The notes beneath the pieces were generated by a model. That model ran no database searches and was not told where the DNA came from. It saw only the letters and a program-made list of their open reading frames with translations. Below, in pieces: positions 49,676 to 61,856 of a stretch of 64,000 nt of DNA. A program made the position numbers and the translations under genes. The stretch is from NCBI RefSeq assembly GCF_028641065.1, contig NC_073402.1, forward strand, positions 17,608,001-17,672,000, written 5' to 3'. The DNA comes from Leucoraja erinacea. Lineage: Eukaryota. Numbering within the stretch: position 1 is the stretch's first letter; each line of letters starts with the position of its first letter.

Positions 49676-49817
49676 TCTTCTTCTCCTTGCGCATGCCGTG
49701 CACAGCCTAAAGTTGGAGGACAACTTGTTCTATTTGATCTTATTTGTTTGTGCACACCGGGTTGATTGCATTTGCCGAAACAGGGCGGACCACGTGAAGG
49801 TTGCAATCTCCCACCCC
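49676..49817 (-). mobile_element. 142-nt non-autonomous retroposon (Vingi/Ingi-like) with 5' HDV-like ribozyme and (GAA)n tail
   Basis: Inserted in a Penelope remnant; TSD about 13 bp with perfect core GCCGCACCT (49667-49675 and 49822-49830); 3' end ...GCATGCGCAAGGAGAAGAAGA; no pol III A/B boxes. Confidence 0.8.
49764..49817 (-). ncRNA. Minimal (P4-less) HDV/CPEB3-like self-cleaving ribozyme
   Basis: GGGGUGG GA GAUUGCA ACC UUCACGU GGU CCGCCCU GU UUCG G C AAA UGCAAUC: P1 7 bp with G1-U wobble, P2 7 bp perfect, P3 3 bp, L3 UUCACGU, catalytic C at 49774. Confidence 0.85.
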
Positions 49818-49986
49818 ACCTGCCGCACCTGGAAAGACTAGTTAGGTCCTTGGATGGAGTCAAGGGGGGAGGTGAAGCGACAGGTGTAGCATTTCCTGCG
49901 GTTGCAAGGGAAAGTACCAGGGGAGGGGGTGGTTTGGGACGGAATTGACCAGGGAGCGGTCTCTGCAGATCATCGTTAATTTTATG

Positions 49987-50163
49987 TTTAAGAGGGAACT
50001 GCAGATGCTTAGAATCGAAGGTTACACAAAAAAGCTGGAGAAACTCAGCGGGTGCAGCAACGTTTTCGGGCTGAAGAAGGGTTTCGGCCCGAAACGTTGC
50101 CTATTTCCTTCGCTCCATAGATGCTGCTGCACCCGCTGAGTTTCTCCAGCTTTTTTGTGTAAC
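49987..50163. repeat. Palindromic Penelope pLTR insertion with hammerhead core (50071-50098, +) and 16-bp TSD
   Basis: TSD catcgttaattttatg (49971-49986 and 50164-50179); 40-bp perfect inverted arms; CTGAAGAAGGGTTTCGGCCCGAAACGTT. Confidence 0.85.
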
Positions 50164-50252
50164 CATCGTTAATTTTATGCTCATCTCTCATTCATTTGAT
50201 CTATATTTATCGCCGTCTATATCTCTAGTTTCCCTTTCCCCTGAATCTCAAT

Positions 50253-50366
50253 CTGCCTGTCCCACTGCGTTTCCAGAGACGCTGCCCTGTCCCACTACGT
50301 TTCCAGAGACGCTTATTGCGGATCTTTGACGCTGCCCTGTCCCACTGCGCCGCCGCATCACATGAC
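50253..50366 (+). promoter_or_regulatory. ppt1-B proximal promoter: 30-bp tandem repeat and TCACATGAC E-box
   Basis: ccctgtcccact(g/a)cgtttccagagacgct x2 plus a partial third copy; TCACATGAC at 50358-50366 before the ATG. Confidence 0.55.
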
Positions 50367-50374
50367 CCGGCAAG

Positions 50375-50495
50375 ATGGACGCGCAGGCAGCAGGGTTGTC
50401 GCTGCTGCTCCTCCACTTCACCTCCGCTTTGCAGACACAACCATGGACAGTCCAGAACAACACGCAGCTGCCCGTGGTCATATGGCACGGCATGG
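50375..50495 (+). CDS. ppt1: ppt1-B exon 1
   Basis: [40 protein letters not shown]|gtaaga. Confidence 0.9.
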
Positions 50496-53400
50496 GTAAG
50501 ATAAACGAGGTCGCGGTCTAAATTGCGCCCAAATCGAATGTATTTAGCAAAGGCGCTCCCTGTCTCTGGGAAGGACACAGAGTGCTGGAGTATCTCAGCG
50601 GGTCAGGCAGCGCCTCTGGGGAACATGGAGAGGTGCTGGTCCTGGTCCTGGTCCGGACCCTTCTTCGGACTGTAGATACAGTCTACAGACTGTAGAACTG
50701 CAGATGCTGGTTTACATCACACAAGACACAAAGTGCTGGAGTAACTCAGTGGTTCAGGCAGCAACTTTGGAGAAAAAGGACAGGCGACGTTTCGGGTCGA
50801 GATCCTTCAGACTCTTCTCCAGAAGGGTCCCGATCGGAAACGCCACCTATCCATGTTCTCCAGAGATGCTGCCTGACCCACCGAGTTACTGAGCACTTTC
50901 TGTCCTTTGTGTATTAACCAGCTTCTGCAGTTATTTGTTTCTGCATTCTCTGCGAGTTAAGTCTACCCGGAAACGAACCGTCTGTCTCTTTCGCTCTTTA
51001 CTTCAATTCCATCATATAACATATTTTATCGCAAAAGTGTTTAAAACGTTGCGTTATATGCTCGATATATGCTTTAGAAACGTTCTAGATATCGGTCTAT
51101 TATAACTGTTACGGATATTTTGCTCAATGGGAGCATTAAACCGTTTTCTGTGAGGCTGTTTTGTTCCTTTAAACTTCCGCCTTAGAGTCAGGCAAATCCT
51201 ATTAGAGAGTAATCACGCGTGGTGACAAAATACAAGGGATAGCTTCAATGTAGGGACAAGGAAACTTAATCTAATTTTTTGCAGCATCCAAAAGATTAAT
51301 CTGCAAAACAATTGCTCCTTTTAAGTTTTTTGATGTGGCTTTGCTGCATGTGAAACCAAGTGAACATGCAAATAAATTATAGGAGCAGAATTAGGCCATT
51401 TGGCCCATCAAGTCTATGCCACCATTCCATCATGGCTAATCTTTCTTTCCCTCTCAACCCCATTCTCCTGCCTTCTCACTGTTACCCTTGACACCCTTAC
51501 TAACCATAGATATCTTTGGTAGAATGTAAGTATTTCAGTTTATTTATTTTTGGGTTGCTGATTAAGGAAAAGGATATGAGGAAGGAAACATCAACCATGT
51601 TTTTCCCTTGTCCATGTATCTGTACACTGTAAAAGGGTGGTGAAAGGAGAGGATGATGGCACCAAGGTTGATTTGAAGCATAAGCGAGTTTAGTGACTCA
51701 GTCAATCCTTCAATACGAATCGGGACAAAGAATTCTTTCCAAACTGGCTCATGACATAAGTTGATTCTCAAATCCAGGAATATACTATGTCTTGATTAAA
51801 AAAAAACATAGAAATATGCTGGACTTGTAGTATGGAAGGATATAATATTACAGCAAAACTGATCGTCTGCTCAGGGCTCCGATGCCAGGCTAGCACAATT
51901 GTCAATGTGCCTTGTTCCTTGTATTGATAATGCAACACACTTAATTCACCAACAAAATGCAAACTACTGGAAGAACTCAGCCTGTCAAGTAGCACCTATG
52001 GAACAGACAGTGTTTCAGGTCGGGTCTTGCATTAGAACTAGGCAGAATTGGCTTGACCCAATCCTTGACGATCCCTTTGCTTCCACAGATGCTGCTTGAC
52101 CTGCTGAGTTCTTCCTGCAGATTTTTTTTGTTTTTGCTCCAGACTTCAACATTTGCAATCGCTTACTCTTGCACAATTTTTTTTCCAGTTATTTCATAGT
52201 CAAATAGTAAAACTGGTGAATTAAAGGGGGTGTGGTGATCATGTCCTGTTGAGTGAGATGCTGAGTTATTGATATCTCTGAATAGTTGGATAGTTGATTA
52301 TTGGAGTTTTATTTTATTTTATTTTTGACACTTGCATAACTAGTCAAACTGTTCCTTTGGAATATGCATGATGCTACTTGGACCAATTGATACACTTCAA
52401 ACGATCAATCCTGCTTGAAGTGTCCATTCAACATTATTAGAACAAAGAATATGTAATTGCAATAAACAGCATTGCTGCATTAAAGTGGAAGTGACAATAA
52501 CACTAATGAGGAAGATTGGAAATGGTTATGTTGATGCTGTAATATGGGAGGAAGTTTGTGAACTTTAGATAAGCCATTTGGAATGGCTAGTTTCTGCAAT
52601 TTTTAATGAAGACGTATGCAAAATTAGCTCTGGTGATACTTCAGTACAGTCCTGAACTGTTTTGTACAAATTAACTAGGTGACAGCTGCTGCAATCCTCT
52701 CAGCATGGGATTCATCAAGAAACTGGTGGAAGAAAAAGTTCCCGGAACTTATGTTTTGTCTTTGGAAATTGGGAACGGTATTACAGAGGTATGTTTGAAT
52801 GAGAGAATGAATTGTAAATGTAGTCCAATTTCTTTGAAATTCTTTTAATGGTCATGATATTGGGATGGATCATTAAAGATCCAGAGACAAAATTAAATCT
52901 TCCCATAGTAACTAAATGGTTTAAGTTCCATTAAATATCTTGGAAAGATGTTTTTACAATAATATGACAGGTTGATTAATTTAATTCATGGTTCTTGTTT
53001 AATCTAATCTGTATGTGAATAATGCTGGAGCCATTAGCATACTTCTGAACTCCTAGCAAGCCATACAAATCTAGGGCAACTTGGGAATGTCACTGAATAC
53101 TTCAGTAAATAGATTCAAGAACAGTACATGGTGCCATAACTGGTGGCATACGACGTTGAAGGACGAGCAACAAGTGAAGGCTGCAAATTAGAAGTGATGA
53201 TCTAGTCCATTTCAGATGTTTGCAGTAGGGTCTCTGTTCCTAATCCCAGTCCAGCTATCCCAGTACAAACTTTTCAATAAGATATCTGTCCGCTTAGTTG
53301 AGATGGAGCTCAACTGTGTTTCCTCATTTAATAGTTCAATGCCCAGTCCCATTCAACTGTGCTTTAAACTGAAGTTCTTTAGTATGACCACGTAATTCAG

Positions 53401-56400
53401 ATACTAGAGTATTCACTAAATTTTGCTCAAGAGTCTTTCTTGGAGTAAAATTTTAATATACCTGGTTTTAACTGGTCTTTACAAATATCTGTTACTTGAA
53501 TTATACTAGATATCTGTTGGTCAGGGTTTGATTGTGGGAGATTTAAGAGCAAAGTCTTGATTAATGGTAATACTGGACTGTGGAGTCCAGTATTAAAGGA
53601 TATAGGTTTAAGGTGAGAATGGATAGATTTAAGAAAGCTGGTGGGTAATTGCTTCATGCAGAGTGTGGTGGATGTATGGAACAAGCTGCCTGAGAATTGG
53701 TAGAGGCAGGTACAATGGTGATGTTTAAAAGACATTTAACCAGGTACATGGATAGACATGGTTTAGAGGGATATGGGCCAAAGCAAGCAAATGGGATAAG
53801 CTCAACTATAAAACCATGTCAGTGTGGATATGTTAGGCTGACAGGCCTGTTTTCATGCTGTATGACATGATAATCTAAATGTGGATTATTCTTCTCTACG
53901 GTTACAATATAATCCTTCATACAGATCTCTAATTTTGACCTTTTTCTTCAAAAAGGACGTGGAAAACAGTTTCTTCATGAATGTAAATGACCAGGTAGAG
54001 CTGGTGTGCAATATATTATCCAAGGACAAGATGCTGCAGAACGGATATAACGCAATGGGCTTCTCTCAAGGAGGTCAGTTTCTGTAAGTATCCTATCAGT
54101 TAAAAGTTTAAAAAGCAGCTGTTTGGTTTGTTATTTATTTCACTAAAGAATCTAATTTTGTATTTCTACCCATCACAGAAGGGCTGTGGCACAGAGATGC
54201 CCCTCTCCTGCCATGAAAAACCTCATCACATTTGGAGGCCAACATCAAGGTAATATTTAAGGGCCCTATTCATTGGCATATTTGTATGAAAAACGTATTA
54301 GAGTGAGAGGTTGCAAAATCCTATCATTATTACATCTGTAGGGGATACTAGATAGGTAATTATAGAACCCTGGTTAGATTATTACTTAAAATTGTGCTAC
54401 CATTCTAATGTTTTGCATTCATTGTTGTATTTATTTATTGTGATCATCATTATCATGTATACTATTTATTCTGAGCTTAATGTGAACAGGGAATTTCATT
54501 GCACCCTGGTGTAAATCAGCAGTAAACTAAGACAGTAGGGCGGCACGGTGGCGTAGTGGTAGAGCTACTGCCTTACAAAGCCAGAGACCCGGGTTCGATC
54601 CTGACTACTGGTGCTTGTCTATGCGGAGTTAGTACATTCTCCCCGTGACCTGCGTCTGTTTCCTCCGAGATCTTCGGTTTCCTCCCATACTCCAAAGACA
54701 TGCAGGTTTGTAGGTTAATTGACGTGGTATAAATGTTAAATTGTCCATAGCGTGCGCAGGATAATGTTAGTGTGTGGGGATTAGTGGGCCGAAAGGCCTT
54801 TTTCCGCGCTGTATCTCTAAACTAAACTAATGTGAAATCTGAATTAGAATGCAGCTAGAATATTGTACATTGACCGAGTGTCCCCATCTACAGGAGGAGA
54901 GGATCTGCAGTTCTTGCTTTGGAGAAAGTGCAGTAAGCATTCACCAAATTGATTCTGAGAAGTGGGTTGAGGAAAGTTGCCTTTTAAGAGAGAATAAGTA
55001 GGCTTGGGCCAGTACAATCTTGAGTTTAAAAGAATTGGAGGTGGTTTCATTGGTACTTAGAAAATTCTCAATAGGATAAATACAGGCATTTGTTTTCCCG
55101 TGGTTGTGGTGAATTGAAACTGGGAATTGGTCACACAAAAAAGGGTCCTCCATTCAGGACTAAGATGAGAACATGTCTTTACCTGGCAGTAGTGAATCTT
55201 GGGGAATTCTATATCCATGATTACTGTGCGGAGGTTTAGTTAACAAGCAGATTGTAGACAGATTAATATACTTTTATTGGATGTTAGAATTGATCAATGT
55301 GGTGTTACTTTGGAAAAGTGGTGCTGAGATAAAAGGTCAGTCTTGATCTTATCTGAACAATGCAACAGGGCTATATGGCCAACTCCTTGTTATTGATTTT
55401 GTTCCTACTGCAAATTCAAATGTGTTCGGCCCCTAAACAGAATGCACCTGGCTCATCAAAAAGCTGACCCTCAGCATCCGAGAGGCAGCCAGTGTGTCAG
55501 ATTGGCGTTGAGAGGCTGGTAGGGCTTGGAAATCTGCTGCAGAGACTCTGCCTCGACAAGCTATTACAGTCTGTTGCAGGCAGATTCTGACTTCAGGTTT
55601 TAAATGCTGAAACTAAAATAACTTTGCATTTTCCTTTCAAACGGTACTAATTCTATTTCTCCTAATCTTTCTTCACAGGTGTCTATGGTTTACCTCACTG
55701 TCCTGGAGAAAGTTCCCATGTCTGCAATTGGATAAGAAAAATGCTGAACTGGGGTGCATATTCAAGTCCAATTCAAGAGCAGTAAGTAATAAGCAAAGAA
55801 TGGGGCTAAGGGATTAAAGCCTGGAATATATTAGAAGTTTTGAATTTGAGTTGGTAAACTTTGACAACAGTTAAGAGGCCATTAAAGGTGCAGTGAAAGT
55901 AATTTAAGGGCACTGGAGGAATGTGATGTTGTGATCCTTGGGTAACGGGTAAACATTCGTTGACTGGTTCCACTTTTATTTTTTAGAATTGCATGGGAAT
56001 TGCACATAACATAGAAACAGAAGATAGGTGCGGGTGTAGGCCATTCGGCCCCTAAAGCCAGCACTGCCATTCAATATGATCATGGCTGATCATCCAAAAT
56101 CAGTATCCCGTTCCGGTTTTTTCCCCATATCCTTTGATTCCCTTAGCCCGAAGAGCTAAATCTAACTCCCTTGAAAACATCCAGTGAAATGGCCTCCACT
56201 GCCTTCTGTGGCAGAGAATTCCACAGATTCACAACTCTCTGGGTGAAGCAGTTTTTCTTCATGTCAGTCCTTAATGGCCTACCCCTTATTCTTAAACTGT
56301 GAGCCTGGTTCTGGACTCCCCCAACATCTGGAATATTTTTCCTGCCTCTACCCTGTCCAATCCTTTAAGAATTTTATATTTTATGTTATAACATTCGTCA

Positions 56401-59400
56401 AATGTCATTACTCTAACATTTCAGATTTCATTATGAAACAAATCCATAGTCTATTTATTTACATTTCGATTTCTGCCCAGGTCCTCAGCCCCTGATTGTG
56501 ACTGTTTGCAATGCATGAGCAAGTTTGATAAAGCAGAGATGAGTAATTATTCAGATCAGCAAACATGGCTACACAACCTAGACCTGATTATTTTGAAAGT
56601 TATTTTCAGGCTACAATGAAATTCTGCATGGAATTGTTTAATCCTCAGTTGGCAGCTTTCAATTTCCTGGTCCAACCATGGATGTCCAATCTAGCTACAT
56701 CTCAGTCCCACACTAGGATATCCTTGCAGCCACAATTGCTTCCTCAATGAAGGCTCAACCAGTAGCCCTTCACCGCCATTTTTATTTACCTGGCTGAGCT
56801 CATTCTTACATTGAATAACTTCTCCTTTACCCCCACTCACTCTCTACATCAGAGGTAAAATGTAATCTGCATGGGTCTAAAGTAAGCCAGTATATTTTTG
56901 GAGTTATTTAAGTTAAGATGGAGCTCCTTCCTTCCTTAGCACACTGACCAGATTGTTGCTGCTTCCTGCACTCATGCGGAACTTAATTTAATTAGTTTTT
57001 CTGCCAATTTCCTTTCTGCCCTTGTTTTGATGTGGTCCATATCTGACTCTTCCCATTTCTTGACTTCTCTATCTCGGGAATGAAGGTAGGCTAATAACAA
57101 TAACACAGCAGGCCCATAGACACCACAGCCATCTTGACTATAATTGGTTTCCCAAGTTTTTCCTATTTCATTGTTGTAATGAAGCCTTCTGCACCAGTGC
57201 CTTGGATGGCTCCCCTTTTCTTTAACCATGGCTTACACTCTACAATAGTTGACAAGAACCAAGTCACTTTATTTCCCATGATACTTTCCCTGTCATCCCA
57301 GCAGAGCAATGAGGTGCAACTTATTTTAGCCTTCCACCCTTCCACCCCAGATGTTCAATGGATCAACCCCATTATTTCCGCCATCAGATGCAACTCCCCT
57401 CCAAGCATTCCAAAGGGATTGATCACTCTGACCCCCTGGTTCTAGCATCTTCATGAGCCATCTCCTTTTCGCAATACTTTTCCCGTACAACCTCTGGGAG
57501 GCAACACCCGCTCTTCACCTTGTCCCTTCCCAACACAGAAAAACCCAAAAAGTATTTTTTAGGGGCGAAACAGCAATTACCAGCACTTATGCTTGTTATT
57601 GGTACTACAATATGGGCTTTTATCTTGGAGAACCCGTGCTGAATGAGTGGCTGTTTACAGCATATCTCTTCAATCTGCATCGACAACCAGAATTTCCAAT
57701 TGCCTTTTTAAATCTTCATCGCACATCCACGTTAGCTCCCACACAGTTCCAATCAAGCCCAAGAACAGCACATCACCCTCTATGAATGTTTAGAAACATA
57801 GAAACATAGAAATTAGGTGCAGGAGTAGGCCATTCGGCCCTTCGAGCCTGCACCGCCATTTAATATGATCATGGCTGATCATCCAACTCAGTATCCCGTA
57901 CCTGCCTTCTCTCCATACCCCCTGATCCCCTTGGCCACAAGGGCCACATCTAACTCCCTCTTAAATATAGCCAATGAACTGGCCTCAACTACCCTCTGTG
58001 GCAGAGAGTTCCAGAGATTCACCACTCTCTGTGTGAAAAAAGTTCTTCTCATCTCGGTTTTAAAGGACCTCCCCCTCATCCTTAAGCTGTGACCCCTTGT
58101 CCTGGACTTCCCTAACATCGGGAACAATCTTCCTGCATCTAGCCTGTCCAACCCCTTAAGAATTTTGTAAGTTTCTATAAGATCCCCTCTCAATCTCCTA
58201 AATTCTAGAGAGTATAAACAAGTCTATCCAGTCTTTCTTCATAAGACAGTCCTGACATCCCAGGAATCAGTCTGGTGAACCTTCTCTGCACTCCCGCTAT
58301 GGCAATAATGTCCTTCCTCAGATTTGGAGACCAAAACTGCACGCAATACTCCAGGTGTGGTCTCACCAAGACCCTGTACAACTGCAGTAGAACCTCCCTG
58401 CTCCTATACTCAAATCCTCTTGCTGTGAAAGCCAACATACCATTCGCTTTCTTTACTGCCTGCTGCACCTGCATGCCTACCTTCAATGACTGGTGTACCA
58501 TGACACCCAGGTCTCGCTGCATCTCCCCCTTTCCCAATCGGCCACCGTTTAGATAATAATCTGCTTTCCCGTTTTTGCCACCAAAATGGATAACCTCACA
58601 TTTATCCACATTAAACTGCATCTGCCAAACATTTGCCCACTCACCCAGCCTATCCAAGTCACCTTGCAGTCTCCTAGCATCCTCCTCACACCTAACACTG
58701 CCCCCCAGCTTAGTGTCATCCGCAAACTTGGAGATATTGCCTTCAATTCCCTCATCCAGATCATTAATATATATTGTAAATAGCTGGGGTCCCAGTACTG
58801 AGCCTTGCGGTACCCCACTAGTCACTGCCTGCCATTGTGAAAAGGACCCGTTTACTCCTACTCTTTGCTGCCTGTTTGCCAGCCAGTTCTCTATCCACAT
58901 CAATACTGAACCCCCAATGCCATGTGCTTTAAGTTTGTATACTAATCTCTTATGTGGGACCTTGTCGAAAGCCTTCTGGAAGTCCAGATACACCACATCC
59001 ACTGGTTCTCCCCTATCCACGCTACTAGTTACATCCTCGAAAAATTCTATAAGATTCGTCAGACATGATTTACCTTTCGTAAATCCATGCTGACTTTGTC
59101 CAATGATTTCACCACTTTCCAAATGTGCTGCTATCCCATCTTTAATAACTGACTCTAGCAGTTTCCCCACTACCGATGTTAGGCTAACTGGTCTGTAATT
59201 CCCCGTTTTCTCTCTCCCTCCCTTCTTAAAAAGTGGGGTTACATTTGCTACCCGCCAATCCTCTGGAACTACTCCAGAATCTAAAGAGTTTTGAAAGATT
59301 ATTACTAATGCATCCACTATTTCTGGAGCTACTTCCTTAAGTACTCTGGGATGCAGCCTATCTGGCCCTGGGGATTTATCGGCCTTTAATAAGAGTTCTA

Positions 59401-61818
59401 GGCACTTGGATTGAATTTAGTTTTGGGTAAACAGCCATTCCTATTTGTGAGAAAGAACAACATATTTCTGGTGTGAAGTCACCACCTGTAAGAGTTCTGG
59501 CATATTGCTTTGTTCTATTGATTGGCCATGTCTCCCTCTGTTTGCACTCTACATAGCTACATAGATACATCAACAATAGGTACAGCAGTAGCCATTCGAG
59601 CCAGCACCACCATTCAATGTGATCATGGCTGATCATCCACAATCAGTATCCCGTTCCTGCCTTCTCCCCAAATCCATTGATTCCGCTAGCCCTCAGAGCT
59701 CTATCTAACTCTCTTTTGAATGCATCCAGTGAATCGGCCTCCACTGCCTTCTGTGGCAGGGAATTCCACAAATTCACAATTCTCTGTGTGAAAAGGGTTT
59801 TTCCTCGTCTCAGTTCTAAATGGCCTACCCCTTATTCTTAAACTGTGGCCCCTGGCTCTGGACTCCCCCAACATCAGGAACACGTTTTCTGCATTACCCT
59901 GTCCAATCCCTTAATAATTTTATATGTTTCTATAAGATCCCCTCTCATCCTTCTAAATTTCTGTGAATTCAAGCCCAGTTGCTCCATTCTTTCATCATAT
60001 GATAGTCCTGCCAACCCGGGAATTGATCTTGTGAACCTACGCTGCACTCCCTCAATAGCAAGAATGTCCTTCTTCAAATTAGGAGATTAAAACTGCACAC
60101 AATACTCCTGGTGTGGTTTCACCAGGGCCCTGTACAACTGCAGAAGGACCTCTTTGCTCCTATACTCGACTCTAGATAGATCAGCTATGGTTAACAAACA
60201 TTCGTCATGCTCTGACAGCAGCAACATTGCTTGTTGTCATCTGGATAATTTTAGCCTCCACCTGATCGCAAAGAATCCTTTTCTTACCCATTTCACAACC
60301 TCTTTTCTGCAACTTTATAATATAATTCTCATTTTTCCAATTATATGAAAAATCATTGACCTGAAAGATTAACTGTTTCTCACCCCCATATATGCAGCCT
60401 GACCTGTTTGCGTATTTGCATCAGTTGTTTATATTTAATATTTCTAACATCTGGATTTATCTTACTTGAAAGTCTGATTGTTTATTATTGCTTTCCTGAC
60501 AGCTTGGTGCAGGCTGAATACTGGCATGATCCCTTGAATGAAGAGCTCTACAGGAGCAAAAGTGTTTTCTTGGCAGACATCAATCAAGAAAGGGTAGGTA
60601 TTATTGGAATAAATGTTACCAATTGTCTACCTCAACTGCGTTGTTAGGCATCTTAGACCATGAATTGTATTCAAGAAATGTTAGTAGAGATGTGGCATGT
60701 AACCTGTAGTGTTGCCACTATGCACCGCTATATCAGTATTCCAGATAGCCTGTCTTCTCATTGAGTCAGTTTTACTGCACTGCACTATATTCAATATCGA
60801 GTAGTGTCAAGACTCGAGAATGTTTCAATTGTCATAGATCAATTAATTTCTTGCTGCAACTTGCAGGCATATTAGTTTAGTTTATTGTCACGTGTACTGA
60901 GGTACAGTGGAAAGCTTTTGTTGCATGCTAACCAGTCAGCGGACAGACAATATATGATTACAATCGAATCATCCACAGTGCACAGATGTATGATAAGGGG
61001 AATAACGTGAATAACATTTAGTGCAAGATACAGCCAGCAAAGTCTGATCAAAGATTAAAATATTAAAATGCACCAGCATAAATATATACAATTATCAGGC
61101 ATACTAGATAAATCAGACCATTTTATTTATCCAAGCCAAAGGATGTAGTGCAATCTTAATAGTACAAAGCCCTTAGTATTTCAGTGCCTAGGGAGGGTTG
61201 TGCAGAGTGATTAATATCTTGAAACTGGTTCAGAGCAGATTTACTAAAACCATAGCTGAGATGGGTGGAATGCCTTGTAGGTAAATATTGGACGAGTAGT
61301 ATCAATGAATTAGAGTAAGAGGGATTGATTGAAACAAAGAATTTGAAAAATTTAGAGGGTGTGTTTCCTTATGTCACTCTTTAAAAATAAGAGTTCACCC
61401 ATTCAAGTTGCAATTTGTTTTTCCTGAGGACATTATTTAGAACTGTAACCATAGAAAATAGGTGCAGGAGTAGGCCATTCGGCCATTCAATATGATCATG
61501 GCTGATCATCCAACTCAGTATCCTGTACCTGCCTTCTCTCCATACCCCCTGATCCCTTTAGCCACAAGGGCCACATCTAACTCCCTCTTAAATATAGCCA
61601 ATGAACTGGCCTCAACTACTTTCTGTGGCAGAGAGTTCCAGAGATTCACCACTTTGAGGCCTTTGAGGAAGAGACTGAGTTTTTAAGAAAGATTCTTGAT
61701 AGGCCAGATGGAGAGTGGGCATAAATGCGAAATTGTGGTTATGTAGGTATGTTACAAAACTTACCTTCAGCGGCGCTGTAATTCTGCCACTGACAGTGTG
61801 AGCGATATTGGCGTGTTT

Positions 61819-61856
<38 letters not shown>

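Larger units (their letters stand above)
48590..49968 (-). mobile_element. Cluster of Penelope-like element fragments (GIY-YIG remnant plus pLTRs)
   Basis: AQHFNSPSHSKSNLSVLGL...KLEEQHLIFCLG; nucleotide similarity to 29300-29790. Confidence 0.8.

Noticed and set aside
54538-54610. tRNA gene
   Set aside because: The A/B boxes belong to the HE1 SINE head, which continues into the V-domain and LINE-like tail.
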